A stretch of DNA of 64,000 nt from Vulcanimicrobiota bacterium (GTDB taxonomy: Bacteria; Vulcanimicrobiota; Xenobia; Xenobiales; JADMJV01), in contig JAHBVR010000012.1 of the NCBI GenBank assembly GCA_019637395.1, forward strand, positions 1,842 through 65,841, written 5' to 3'. The position numbers were made by a program, and so were the translations under genes. A model generated the notes under the pieces. The model was not told where the DNA came from, searched no databases, and saw only the letters and a program-made list of their open reading frames with translations. Shown here one piece after another: positions 17,228-26,661 of this stretch (position 1 is the stretch's first letter; every line of letters starts with the position of its first letter).

Positions 17228-19920
17228 GCAACTGGCTGGTCGGCATCGACCTGGGAACTTCCAACACGGCTCTGGCGCGCATCGTCGGGGACGAAGGCAA
17301 AATCGAAACGCTCAAGCTGACCCAGCGGGTTTCTGAGTCGGAAGTGCGCGAGCAATCCTTGCTGCCGTCCTTTTTGTATTTGCCGGGGGCGCACGAGCTG
17401 CCGGAAGGCTCGTTATCCCTGCCCTGGGATCCGAAGCGTGATTTCATGGTCGGCGAATTTGCCCGAGTGCAGGGCTCGCGTGTGCCCGGCCGGGTGGTGG
17501 TTTCGGCCAAGTCCTGGTTAGCTCACCGCCAGGCCGACCCGAGCCAGCCGCTGCTCCCCTGGGACGGCGCCCCGGACGCACCACGCGTCTCGCCGGTGGA
17601 GGCCTCTCGCCGCTACCTGGAACACCTGCGCGAGGCCTTCCGCCACCAGTATCCTGACCATCCGCTGGATGAGTGCGAAATCGTGCTCACCGTGCCGGCT
17701 TCTTTCGATGAGTTAGCCCGCGAATTGACGGTGTCGGCGGCCCGTCAGGCCGGCCTGGACAAAATCACGCTGCTGGAAGAGCCGCAGGCGGCCTTTTATC
17801 ATTATCTCTATGCCAACGGTTTGAGCGTGGAGAATCCGGCCAACCTGCAGCCGGGCGACCAGATTCTGGTCTGCGATATCGGCGGCGGCACCAGTGACTT
17901 TACCCTCATCGAGTATGCCGACAAGGGCTTGCGCCGCGTGGCCGTGGGCGAGCATTTGATGCTGGGCGGCGACAACCTGGATATTTCGCTGGCCTATCTG
18001 GTGGAGCCGCGCTTGGGCGCCAAGCTGGATATTCTGCAGTGGGGCGTGCTGCGCAACGAATGCCGCCGCGCCAAAGAACTGCTGCTCGGCGACGACCCGC
18101 CTGACAAAGTCACCGTGACCGTGCCCGGCTCCGGGTCCAAGCTGTTAGCCGGCACCATGCAGGCCGATTTGAGCCGCGACGAGGTGGAAAAGCTGGTATT
18201 GGACGGCTTTTTCCCGGTGGTGCCCATCGACGAGCCGCTCCAGGCCGAGCGCCGACTGGGCCTCAAGGAGTGGGGCCTGCCTTATGCCAGTGACCCGGCC
18301 GTGCCGCGCCATCTCAGCAGTTTCTTGCGGCGCCATGGCCGCCGCGACCATATCCCCAACAAGATTCTCTTCAACGGCGGCGCCTGCCGGGCGCTGGCCA
18401 TCCGCCAGCGCATGCTGCAGATTCTGGAAAGTTGGCGCGGCGGACCGGTGGAGGAGTTGACCAACCCCGAGTCGGATCTCTCGGTAGCCCGTGGAGCCGC
18501 CTATTACGGGCACCTCAAACGCAGCGGCGCCAGGCGCATCGGCGGCGGTATCGCCCGCAGCTACTACCTGCAGTTGAGCAGCGACGGCACTTCCACCCAG
18601 GCGCTCTGCGTGGTGCCGCGTAACCTTGAGGCCGGCTCGCGCGTGGATCTGCCCGAACCGGTGTTGCAGCTCACCCTGGAGCGTCCGGTGCGCTTTCCCA
18701 TCTTCAGCAGCTCCAATCGGCCCGAGGATCAGCCCGGCGCGCTGGTCGACATCGCCGCCGCCGGCGGCAGCGAGGAATCCGAATTTCAGGTGCTGCCGGC
18801 CATGGAAACGGTGGTGCGCGCCCCCGACCTCAAGGTGACTGAAGTCCCGGTGCTTCTCAGCGGCGAAGTCACGGAAATCGGAACCCTCTCGATCGCCTGC
18901 CGGATGCTGGAAGGCAAGCGTCGCTTCCAATTGGAATTCCCGCTACGCGGCGAGGTGGTGCTGGAGGGAGGCCCGGAGTTTCCGCCGGAAGTCGTCAAAC
19001 AGGCCCGCGAAACCATTCACGAAGCTTTTCTGCGCAAACCCAAGGGTCTGGGCACGGGGGTGCGCCCGCGCAGTTTGCTGGCCAGCCTGGAGCAGCATTT
19101 CGGATTGGGACGCCAGTTATGGTCGGTGGCCCTGTTGCGGGCCCTCTGGGACGGCTTCGTGGACGTGCACCAGCGCCGCCGCGTCGAGCCCGAGTATGAG
19201 CAGAGCTGGCTCAACGGCGTGGGTTACTGTCTGCGCCCCGGCACCGGTTCGAAGTTGGACGCCTGGCGCGTGGAGAAGACCAGCGCTCTGCTCGATTCCT
19301 GGCTGCAGTTTCCCAAGCTCGAGCCGGTGCGCATGGAGCTATGGGTGACCTTACGCCGCCTGGCCGCCGGCATGAGCGTGGCCCGCCAGGAACAGCTCTG
19401 GACGCAGCTGGCGGCGGTCATGATCCCCGGCCGCAAGCACTGGAAAACCCGCGTGCCCCATCAGCGCACCCTGGCCGAGGATAACGAACTGCTGCGCCTG
19501 GCCGTGTCGCTGTCCCAGATTCCGGTGGACGACAAAGTGCTGCTGGGCGAGATGATCATGAAGAAATTCCAGGGCACGCGCGACGACCTGTGGCGCATCG
19601 CCCGCATCGGCAGCCGCAACCTGCTGGGGGCAGGCCCCCAGTGGGTGGTGCCCCCCGCGGCGGTCTGGCCCTGGATCAGCAAGATCCTGGACTCGAAATG
19701 GAGTGAAAAAGAGACGGTCGGTTGGGCGCTGGCCACCATGATGCGCAAAACCGATGACATCAAACGGGACTTCCCCGATGACCAGATGGAGCGCGTGCGC
19801 CACCGCCTGGAAAAAGAAGGCCTCCAGTCCCATCTGGCCAGCCTCGACGGCCAGGTGGGCACCCAACAAGAAGCCGCCGCTCTGCTGGGCGAAGCTTTGC
19901 CGGTGGGCATCCGCCTCTGA
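17224..19920 (+). CDS. Hsp70-family ATPase paralog with ~500-aa C-terminal extension
   Basis: 'LVGIDLGTSNTALARIV', 'ILVCDIGGGTSDFTLI'; ATGA overlap with the upstream paralog; C-proximal module duplicated from the upstream paralog ('RSYY(I/L)..VDLP..FP(F/I)..S.NR.EDQPG'). Confidence 0.85.
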   Translation: MSNWLVGIDLGTSNTALARIVGDEGKIETLKLTQRVSESEVREQSLLPSFLYLPGAHELPEGSLSLPWDPKRDFMVGEFARVQGSRVPGRVVVSAKSWLAHRQADPSQPLLPWDGAPDAPRVSPVEASRRYLEHLREAFRHQYPDHPLDECEIVLTVPASFDELARELTVSAARQAGLDKITLLEEPQAAFYHYLYANGLSVENPANLQPGDQILVCDIGGGTSDFTLIEYADKGLRRVAVGEHLMLGGDNLDISLAYLVEPRLGAKLDILQWGVLRNECRRAKELLLGDDPPDKVTVTVPGSGSKLLAGTMQADLSRDEVEKLVLDGFFPVVPIDEPLQAERRLGLKEWGLPYASDPAVPRHLSSFLRRHGRRDHIPNKILFNGGACRALAIRQRMLQILESWRGGPVEELTNPESDLSVARGAAYYGHLKRSGARRIGGGIARSYYLQLSSDGTSTQALCVVPRNLEAGSRVDLPEPVLQLTLERPVRFPIFSSSNRPEDQPGALVDIAAAGGSEESEFQVLPAMETVVRAPDLKVTEVPVLLSGEVTEIGTLSIACRMLEGKRRFQLEFPLRGEVVLEGGPEFPPEVVKQARETIHEAFLRKPKGLGTGVRPRSLLASLEQHFGLGRQLWSVALLRALWDGFVDVHQRRRVEPEYEQSWLNGVGYCLRPGTGSKLDAWRVEKTSALLDSWLQFPKLEPVRMELWVTLRRLAAGMSVARQEQLWTQLAAVMIPGRKHWKTRVPHQRTLAEDNELLRLAVSLSQIPVDDKVLLGEMIMKKFQGTRDDLWRIARIGSRNLLGAGPQWVVPPAAVWPWISKILDSKWSEKETVGWALATMMRKTDDIKRDFPDDQMERVRHRLEKEGLQSHLASLDGQVGTQQEAAALLGEALPVGIRL

Positions 19921-20133
19921 ACCGAGCCTGCAAGGAGCCATCCTCGCCGCCGTTTGATGTATGCTTCCCAGCAGGAGAGGACGAGAGCCACCAGGGCAAC
20001 ACGATTTTTGTGCGGCGGTTCAATGTGAATAGGGCGAGGGACGGGCCTGTCTAACCCATCTTTGCTCGAGAGTTTTGTAGTGCATTTCACTGAGTGCACT
20101 GTTGCCCTTGTCACTTGTCCTCCCTATCCCTCT

Positions 20134-20313
20134 TTGAGGAAAGAAAAGGGGGCAGCGAGGCTGGCTGCCGATGAGAATTTCAATAACCAATTGCTGCGTG
20201 GACTAAGCAGGGCGCTTCCCAGCGTCGATATCGTCAGAATCCAGGATGAGTTTCCTGGTGCACCTGATCCGGTAACCGTCTACCTCATCCTTGTTTTTCA
20301 AGTAATGGCCTAA
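20134..20313 (+). pseudogene. DUF5615-like (PIN-like, Mut7-C type) toxin remnant, C-terminally truncated
   Basis: TTG-initiated 'MRKEKGAARLAADENFNNQLLRGLSRALPSVDIVRIQDEFPGAPDP' matches the DUF5615 N-terminal half ('LLDENL..RL...L...G.DV..VRD.GL.GA.D'); terminates after about 60 aa. Confidence 0.45.
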
Positions 20314-20484
20314 AACCAGGTAGATGTCGGCGAGTGGAACAGCGTCGAATTAGTCCGCGATTGTTTCAGCAGAGCAGCCCTCCCAAAAGGAGTAGACCAG
20401 GCTATCCAAGGTCACCCTGGTGCCGCTCACACGCCAAACTCCAAACTCATCCTGGCGAAGAATTCCATCCAACTGAATGCTCAT
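20277..20484 (-). pseudogene. DUF433-like antitoxin remnant with in-frame TAA
   Basis: 'MSIQLDGILRQDEFGVWRVSGTRVTLDSLVYSFWEGCSAETIAD*FDAVPLADIYLVLGHY' fits DUF433 ('GTRI.V..VL..L..G.S.EEI...YP.L..EDI.AAL.Y') except for the internal stop at 20350-20352; convergent with the DUF5615 fragment. Confidence 0.45.
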
Positions 20485-20496
20485 CAGTTTCCCGCC

Positions 20497-21321
20497 TCAC
20501 GCCTGGAGATCGAGCTGGCGTTGGATGCCGGCGTTGATGTTGATGCAGGTGCGGGTCAGGGGCAGGTCGTCGGGGTCCTGGCCGAAGGGCTCTTCGATTT
20601 CTTCGGCGATCATTTCCAGGCTGATCAGGAAGTAGGCGACCACACCGACGATCATGACGGAGATGGGGCCGTGAGGCAGGCCCCAGGGCAGAGCCAGCAA
20701 GTAGATGAGGATGGCCTGCGGCACGATGGCCCGGTGGCTGAGCGGCAGCGGGGTGCCGCGAATGCGTTCGCAGGCGCCGTGAATGTCGTAGAACTCGTTC
20801 AGATTGCGCTCGATGGCCAGGAACAGTTGGGTCGAGGTCAGGCCTTGCTGCTCCCAACGTCCCAGTTGCAGGTTCAGCCTGTTGAGCAAGCGCTGGGGGA
20901 GGTTGTCGGGAGCCGGCCAGGGTCCGCGCAGATGATCGCGTAACTTGTAGGCGAATTCGCCTAAAGTTTCCAGAAAGCGCCGTCTTTCCTCCAGAGGCAG
21001 AGACTGGGCGCTCCACACCACCGCTCCCAAAGAGCGTGTGCGGTTGACCAAAAGTCCCCAGAGCTTGCGTCCTTCCCACCAGCGGTCATAGCTGCCGTTA
21101 GTGCGGAAGACGATCAGCACCGAAAGAGACACGCCCAACAGAGTGTTCACGCTGCCCGGAAACTCCATGTCCTCGCCCAGAATCAGGATTTCGTAGCGCA
21201 TGCTCAACCAGCCGTAGACACAGAAGAACACCACACCGCCCAGGATATGGCGAAAAACGGGATAGCTTAGGAAGCGTTTGGTGCGTGCCAGCCAACGATC
21301 ATCGTGCATAAATCCCCGCAT
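20497..21321 (-). CDS. Bestrophin-family (UPF0187) anion channel homolog
   Basis: Four hydrophobic segments and the 'RWWEGRKLWG' motif typical of the bestrophin/YneE family; start uncertain (21309, 21321 or 21369). Confidence 0.7.
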   Translation of the reverse strand: MRGFMHDDRWLARTKRFLSYPVFRHILGGVVFFCVYGWLSMRYEILILGEDMEFPGSVNTLLGVSLSVLIVFRTNGSYDRWWEGRKLWGLLVNRTRSLGAVVWSAQSLPLEERRRFLETLGEFAYKLRDHLRGPWPAPDNLPQRLLNRLNLQLGRWEQQGLTSTQLFLAIERNLNEFYDIHGACERIRGTPLPLSHRAIVPQAILIYLLALPWGLPHGPISVMIVGVVAYFLISLEMIAEEIEEPFGQDPDDLPLTRTCININAGIQRQLDLQA

Positions 21322-21367
21322 ACGCGCTGAGGGAAGGACTCCCCTTGTAGGGCGCAAAGGGGTTCGC

Positions 21368-22717
21368 ATGGCTCAATATGACTATGATTTAGTCGTGATC
21401 GGAGCCGGTTCTGGAGGAGTGGGACTGGCCCGGCGCGCCGCCCTCTACGGGGCAAAGGTGGCCGTCTGCGAACAGTCCGAATATGGCGGCACCTGCGTTC
21501 ATCGGGGTTGCGTGCCCAAGAAGCTGATGGTCTACGCCAGCGCTCTCCGCTCCGAACTGGGCTTGCTTCCAGGCTATGGTTTTGAATCCGCCGCTCCTGC
21601 CTTTGACTGGTCCAAGCTGGTGGCCAACAAGGACCAAGAACTCGACCGGCTCAACGGCGTTTACCGTAAACTGCTGGACGGTTCCGGGGTGGCCCGCCTG
21701 GAAGGGCGCGCCCGCCTGCTGGACGCGCACACCGTGCAGGTGGGCGAAACGAAGGTCAGCGGCAAGTACCTGGCTATCGCCGTGGGCGGCAAAGCCTGGG
21801 TGCCTGACAAGCCGGGCAGAGAACTGGCCATTACCTCCGATGAACTCTTTCATTTGGACAGCCTGCCAGCATCCATCACGCTGATGGGAAGCGGCTACAT
21901 CGGCCTGGAGTTCGCAGGCATCTTCGCCGGGCTCGGTTCCGAAGTCACCGTCATGTTCCGCAGCGACCTGCCCCTGCCCGAGATGGATGGCGACATCCGC
22001 AAAACGCTCAAGGAACAGATGGAAGCGCGCGGCATTCGCTTTGTGACCGGCGCGAATCTGAAGAAGCTTAGCCAGAGCGGTGACGAAATCGAAGTCCACA
22101 CCGACCGGGGCGACTGGAAAACCGAGGTTTTCGTGGCCGCCACCGGACGGGTGCCCAACACCCAGGGGCTCGGCCTGGCGGAGATCGGCGTCAACCTTGG
22201 CGAAAAGGGCGAGGTCCTCACCGATGAGCACTGCCGCACCAGCGTGGACAGTGTTTTCGCGCTGGGTGACTGCGTCGGCGGCGTCCAACTCACGCCCTAT
22301 GCCATCGCCCAGGGGCGCACCCTGGCCGCCCGCCTTTTTCAAGACCCGAACGCGGACTTCCGGCCACACCACATTCCGACCGCTGTCTTTACCCAGCCGG
22401 CGGTGGGAACCGTGGGTCTTTCGCAAGAACAAGCGGAAGAGAGCAATCCTGGCGATATCGACGTTTATCGCACCAGTTTTCGGCCGATGAAGTATACGCT
22501 GCCGGATAAACCGGAAAAGGTGATGATGAAGCTGGTGGTGCGCCGCTCCAACCAGCTGGTTCTGGGCTGCCACATGGTGGGGTCGGACGCTCCGGAAATC
22601 ATCCAGGCTCTGGCCGTTGCCCTTACTTGCGGGGCCAGCAAGCAAGACTTTGATCGAACGTTGGCCGTTCATCCCACCGCCGCCGAAGAATTCGTGCTGC
22701 TGCGGGACCCGGTCTGA
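21368..22717 (+). CDS. gor: Glutathione-disulfide reductase-like FAD/NAD(P) disulfide oxidoreductase
   Basis: 'DLVVIGAGSGG', redox-active 'GGTCVHRGCVPKK', C-terminal 'HPTAAEEFV' dimerisation-domain motif; start at 'MAQYDYD' (the ORF's longer N-terminus would overlap the bestrophin gene). Confidence 0.75.
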   Translation: MAQYDYDLVVIGAGSGGVGLARRAALYGAKVAVCEQSEYGGTCVHRGCVPKKLMVYASALRSELGLLPGYGFESAAPAFDWSKLVANKDQELDRLNGVYRKLLDGSGVARLEGRARLLDAHTVQVGETKVSGKYLAIAVGGKAWVPDKPGRELAITSDELFHLDSLPASITLMGSGYIGLEFAGIFAGLGSEVTVMFRSDLPLPEMDGDIRKTLKEQMEARGIRFVTGANLKKLSQSGDEIEVHTDRGDWKTEVFVAATGRVPNTQGLGLAEIGVNLGEKGEVLTDEHCRTSVDSVFALGDCVGGVQLTPYAIAQGRTLAARLFQDPNADFRPHHIPTAVFTQPAVGTVGLSQEQAEESNPGDIDVYRTSFRPMKYTLPDKPEKVMMKLVVRRSNQLVLGCHMVGSDAPEIIQALAVALTCGASKQDFDRTLAVHPTAAEEFVLLRDPV

Positions 22718-22732
22718 CCGAGGAGCACGCTC

Positions 22733-25495
22733 ATGATTAACGCGGATAACCTGGACTTTGTCGAGGACGTTCTCAGGGAATATCAGAAGAACCCCGCCGC
22801 CGTCGACCCGGCCTGGCGCAGCTATTTCGAGAAGGAAGGCATCAACGGCCAGAAGCTGGCCCTGGGGCCCAGTTACGAGCCCAGCACCATCTTCAACCCG
22901 CCCGTCAGCAAGGAGGGCGACGCCTACAAGCAAGAGCGCGTCGACCAGCTCATTCGCGCCTACCGCGTGCGCGGCCACCGCACCGCCTGGCTCGATCCGC
23001 TGGGCAGCGAACCGGCTCCCTTCCCGGAGTTGCAGCTTTCCCACTACGGCCTGACCGAGGCCGACCTGAGCACCCGTTTCTGGGCTCTCTCCCTGGGATT
23101 GAAGGAAGCGGTGCCGCTGCAGCAGATCCTGCAGATTCTGCAGAACACCTATTGCCGGGCGGTAGGCGTGCAGTACATGCACATCGACGACCCCGAGCCC
23201 AAGTTCTGGCTCCAGCAGACCATGGAAACCACCCAGAACGTCCGCTCTCTCAGCCACGCCGAGCAAATTCGCATCCTGACTCGGCTGACCGACGCCGAAA
23301 TGTTCGAGGAATTCATCGCCAAGAAATACGTGGGCGCCAAGCGCTTCGGCCTGGAAGGGGCGGAAAGTCTGATCCCGCTGCTCGATCTGGCCCTCGAAGA
23401 CGCCGGTGAATTCGGCATCGAGGACATCGTCATCGGCATGGCCCACCGCGGCCGCCTGAACGTGATGGCCAATATCATGCAAAAAGATCCGGGCCAGATC
23501 TTCCGCGAGTTCGATGACACCAATCCAGAGCTGCACTTCGGGCGAGGCGACGTCAAGTACCACCTGGGTTACAGCAGCGTGTGGACCACCTCCACCGGCA
23601 AGAAAATCGACCTGGCTCTGTGCTTCAACCCCTCTCACCTGGAATTCGTGGGGCCGGTGGTGATGGGCCGCGTGCGCGCCCGCCAGGAGAAACTCGGCCA
23701 GGGCGCCCATCAGCGCGTGATGGGCCTGATCATCCACGGCGACGCCGCCTTCGCCGGCCAGGGCGTGGTCCAGGAAATGCTCAATCTCAGCGAAATCGCC
23801 GGCTACTCGGTGGGTGGCACCATCCACATCATCGTCAACAATCAGGTCGGTTTTACCACCTCGCCCAGACAGGCCCGTTCCGGGACCTATCCCACCGACG
23901 TGGCCAAGATGCTGCAAATTCCCATTATCCACGTCAACGGGGAGCATCCCGAAGCGGTGGCTCAGGCCATTCGCCTGGCTATGGAATACCGCAAGAAGTT
24001 CAACAAAGACGTGGTGGTGGATATGTGGTGCTACCGCCGCCGCGGCCACAACGAAGGCGACGATCCCACCTATACCCAGCCGCTCATGTACAAGCAGATC
24101 GCCCGGATGCCCTCGGTCCGCGAGCGTTATGTCGACAGTCTCATGAAGGTTCCCCAACCTGCCCTGTCGCGGGCTGAGATCGAAGATATCGCCAGTAAGC
24201 GCCGCGAATACCTGGAGGCGGAGCTGGCCAAAGCCCGCGCCAAAGACTACGACTATAAGCAATTATCCACTCAGGGGGGCTACCGCGGCGGCCTGGATAA
24301 GGACACGCCCGAAGTGGCCACCGAGGTCGACCCGGAAAAACTGGCTTCGCTGCTGGTCAAACTGACGGAATATCCAGAGGGCTTCACACCCAACCCCAAG
24401 CTCCAAAAAATGGTGCTGGACGTGCGCAAGGAAATGGCCGCCGGCAACCGTCCTTTGGACTGGGGCGCGGCCGAGAACCTGGCTTACGCCAGCCTGGTGG
24501 TGCAGGGAATTCCCGTGCGCCTGACCGGGCAGGACGTGGGGCGCGGCACGTTCAGCCATCGCCACGCCATTTTTCACGACTACGAAAACGGTCAGGAATA
24601 TATTCCGCTGGCCCATCTCAGCCAGGATCAGGCGCGCTATCAGGTCTGGGACAGTCCGCTCACCGAGACGGCCGTGCTCGCCTTCGAGTATGGCGTCTCC
24701 CTGGATCGTCCCGAGTGCCTGGTGCTCTGGGAAGCGCAGTTCGGCGATTTTGTGAATGTCGCTCAGGTGATTATCGACCAGTTTATCGTCTCCAGCGAGG
24801 ATAAGTGGTCGCGGCTGAACGGCCTGGTGATGCTGCTGCCGCACGGCTTTGAAGGCCAGGGCCCGGAACATAGTTCGGCTCGTCTCGAGCGTTTTCTTGG
24901 ACTGGCGGCCGAAGACAATATCCAGGTGGTCAACCTCACCACCCCCGGGCAGCTTTTCCATTGCCTGCGCCGCCAGGTTCTGCGTCCGCTGCGCAAGCCG
25001 CTGGTCATCATGTCGCCCAAGAGCCTGCTGCGCCACCCCGAGTGCGTCACTCCGCTCAAGGAAATGGCCGAAGGCAGTTTCCAGCGCGTGCTTCCGGATA
25101 CCGGGGCGGGGCCGTCGAGCAAGGTGCAGCGCGTGCTGCTGTGCAGCGGCAAGCTCTACTACGAGCTGGATGCCTATCGCAAAGCGCACAATCGCAAGGA
25201 TGTGGCCATCGTGCGCGTGGAGCAGCTCTATCCTTTCCCGGATCGCGCCCTCAAATCGGCTCTCTCGATCTTCCCGAAAGGGACGGCGGCCATCTGGGTT
25301 CAGGAAGAGCCGGCCAACATGGGAGCTTTGCCCTTCTTGCGCTGCCACTTTGACGACAAGCTTTACGACCGCTACCCGTTCATGCCCATCTCTCGCCCCG
25401 AGTCGGCGAGTCCGGCCACGGGTTCGGGCGCCAGTCACAAAATCGAGCAGGCCTCGCTGATCGAGCAGGCCTTTAAAATGGCCGTACCAACTTAA
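22733..25495 (+). CDS. sucA: 2-oxoglutarate dehydrogenase E1 component
   Basis: 920 aa; N-terminal 'NLDFVEDVLREYQKNPAAVDPAWRSYF'; ThDP-binding and transketolase-like regions read as typical OGDH E1. Confidence 0.92.
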   Translation: MINADNLDFVEDVLREYQKNPAAVDPAWRSYFEKEGINGQKLALGPSYEPSTIFNPPVSKEGDAYKQERVDQLIRAYRVRGHRTAWLDPLGSEPAPFPELQLSHYGLTEADLSTRFWALSLGLKEAVPLQQILQILQNTYCRAVGVQYMHIDDPEPKFWLQQTMETTQNVRSLSHAEQIRILTRLTDAEMFEEFIAKKYVGAKRFGLEGAESLIPLLDLALEDAGEFGIEDIVIGMAHRGRLNVMANIMQKDPGQIFREFDDTNPELHFGRGDVKYHLGYSSVWTTSTGKKIDLALCFNPSHLEFVGPVVMGRVRARQEKLGQGAHQRVMGLIIHGDAAFAGQGVVQEMLNLSEIAGYSVGGTIHIIVNNQVGFTTSPRQARSGTYPTDVAKMLQIPIIHVNGEHPEAVAQAIRLAMEYRKKFNKDVVVDMWCYRRRGHNEGDDPTYTQPLMYKQIARMPSVRERYVDSLMKVPQPALSRAEIEDIASKRREYLEAELAKARAKDYDYKQLSTQGGYRGGLDKDTPEVATEVDPEKLASLLVKLTEYPEGFTPNPKLQKMVLDVRKEMAAGNRPLDWGAAENLAYASLVVQGIPVRLTGQDVGRGTFSHRHAIFHDYENGQEYIPLAHLSQDQARYQVWDSPLTETAVLAFEYGVSLDRPECLVLWEAQFGDFVNVAQVIIDQFIVSSEDKWSRLNGLVMLLPHGFEGQGPEHSSARLERFLGLAAEDNIQVVNLTTPGQLFHCLRRQVLRPLRKPLVIMSPKSLLRHPECVTPLKEMAEGSFQRVLPDTGAGPSSKVQRVLLCSGKLYYELDAYRKAHNRKDVAIVRVEQLYPFPDRALKSALSIFPKGTAAIWVQEEPANMGALPFLRCHFDDKLYDRYPFMPISRPESASPATGSGASHKIEQASLIEQAFKMAVPT

Positions 25496-25510
25496 GGAGA
25501 TCCCCAAGAG

Positions 25511-26656
25511 ATGTCAGTCGATCTGAAAGTGCCCGCCGTGGGCGAATCCATTTCCAGCGTGGTGGTGGGCGAATGGCTGGTGCAACCCGGCCAGAGCGTG
25601 GCCCAGGACACCATTCTGGTGGTCCTGGAAACGGACAAAGTCAACGTGGAAGTGCCCGCCCCGGTCTCAGGTAAACTCTCCAAAGTGCTGGTCAAAAGTG
25701 GCGAGAGCGCCAGTATCGGCGATACCCTGGGAGTGATGGAAGAAGGCAGCGCTCCGGCCAGGAGCGAGTCCAAACCGGCTGCTCCGCCCAAAGAGACCGT
25801 CAAAGATCCCAGTCCGGCTGCCAAACGAGCCCTCCATGAGGCCGGTCTCAAGCCGGAAGAAGTAAAGGGCAGCGGCAAAGACGGCCAGGTTCTCAAAGAA
25901 GATGTGCCCGCCCGGGCCGCCGCCGCGCCCGCCGCTCCGACAAATACGGGCGGCGGGCGCCAGGAGGAAGTGGTGACCATGTCTCCACTGCGCAAAACCA
26001 TCGCGCGCCGCTTGATCGAGGCCCAATCCACGGCCGCCCTGCTGACCACCTTCAACGAGGTGGACATGAGCGCCGTCATGGAGCTGCGCAAGAGCTATCA
26101 GGACAGCTTCACCGCCAAACACGGCACCAAGCTGGGCTTCATGTCTTTCTTCGTCAAGGCCACCATCGAGGCGCTCAAAGCCTTTCCGGCGGTCAACGCC
26201 GAAGTCCGTGAGCAGGCGGTGGTTTATAAGAATTACTTCGACATCGGCGTGGCCGTGGGCGGCGGCAAAGGCCTGGTGGTGCCCATCCTGAGAAACGCCG
26301 AACGCCTCAGCTTTGCCGACATCGAGAAAAGCATTAAAGACTTCGGCCAGCGCGCCCAGGAAGGCAAGATTAAGCTGGAGGAACTGCAGGGCGGCACTTT
26401 TACCATCAGCAACGGCGGCGTTTACGGCTCGCTGCTCAGCACGCCCATCGTCAACCCTCCCCAGAGCGGCGTGCTGGGCCTGCATAAGATCGAGGACCGG
26501 GCGGTGGTGCGCCAGGGCCAGGTGGTGGTGCGTCCCATGATGTACCTGGCGCTCACTTATGATCACCGCCTGGTGGACGGACGTGAAGCTGTCAGCTTTC
26601 TGGTGCGCATCAAAGAATGCATGGAGAATCCCAGCCGGATTCTGCTGGAGGTTTAA
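25511..26656 (+). CDS. sucB: Dihydrolipoyllysine-residue succinyltransferase (OGDH E2)
   Basis: Lipoyl domain '[17 protein letters not shown]...[12 protein letters not shown]'; catalytic 'DHRLVDG'. Confidence 0.92.
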   Translation: MSVDLKVPAVGESISSVVVGEWLVQPGQSVAQDTILVVLETDKVNVEVPAPVSGKLSKVLVKSGESASIGDTLGVMEEGSAPARSESKPAAPPKETVKDPSPAAKRALHEAGLKPEEVKGSGKDGQVLKEDVPARAAAAPAAPTNTGGGRQEEVVTMSPLRKTIARRLIEAQSTAALLTTFNEVDMSAVMELRKSYQDSFTAKHGTKLGFMSFFVKATIEALKAFPAVNAEVREQAVVYKNYFDIGVAVGGGKGLVVPILRNAERLSFADIEKSIKDFGQRAQEGKIKLEELQGGTFTISNGGVYGSLLSTPIVNPPQSGVLGLHKIEDRAVVRQGQVVVRPMMYLALTYDHRLVDGREAVSFLVRIKECMENPSRILLEV

Positions 26657-26661
26657 GCGTG

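Noticed and set aside
21389-24262. 957-aa ORF on the minus strand
   Set aside because: It is antisense to gor and sucA, whose motifs are unambiguous; G/A/H-rich composition is typical of an open antisense frame in high-GC DNA
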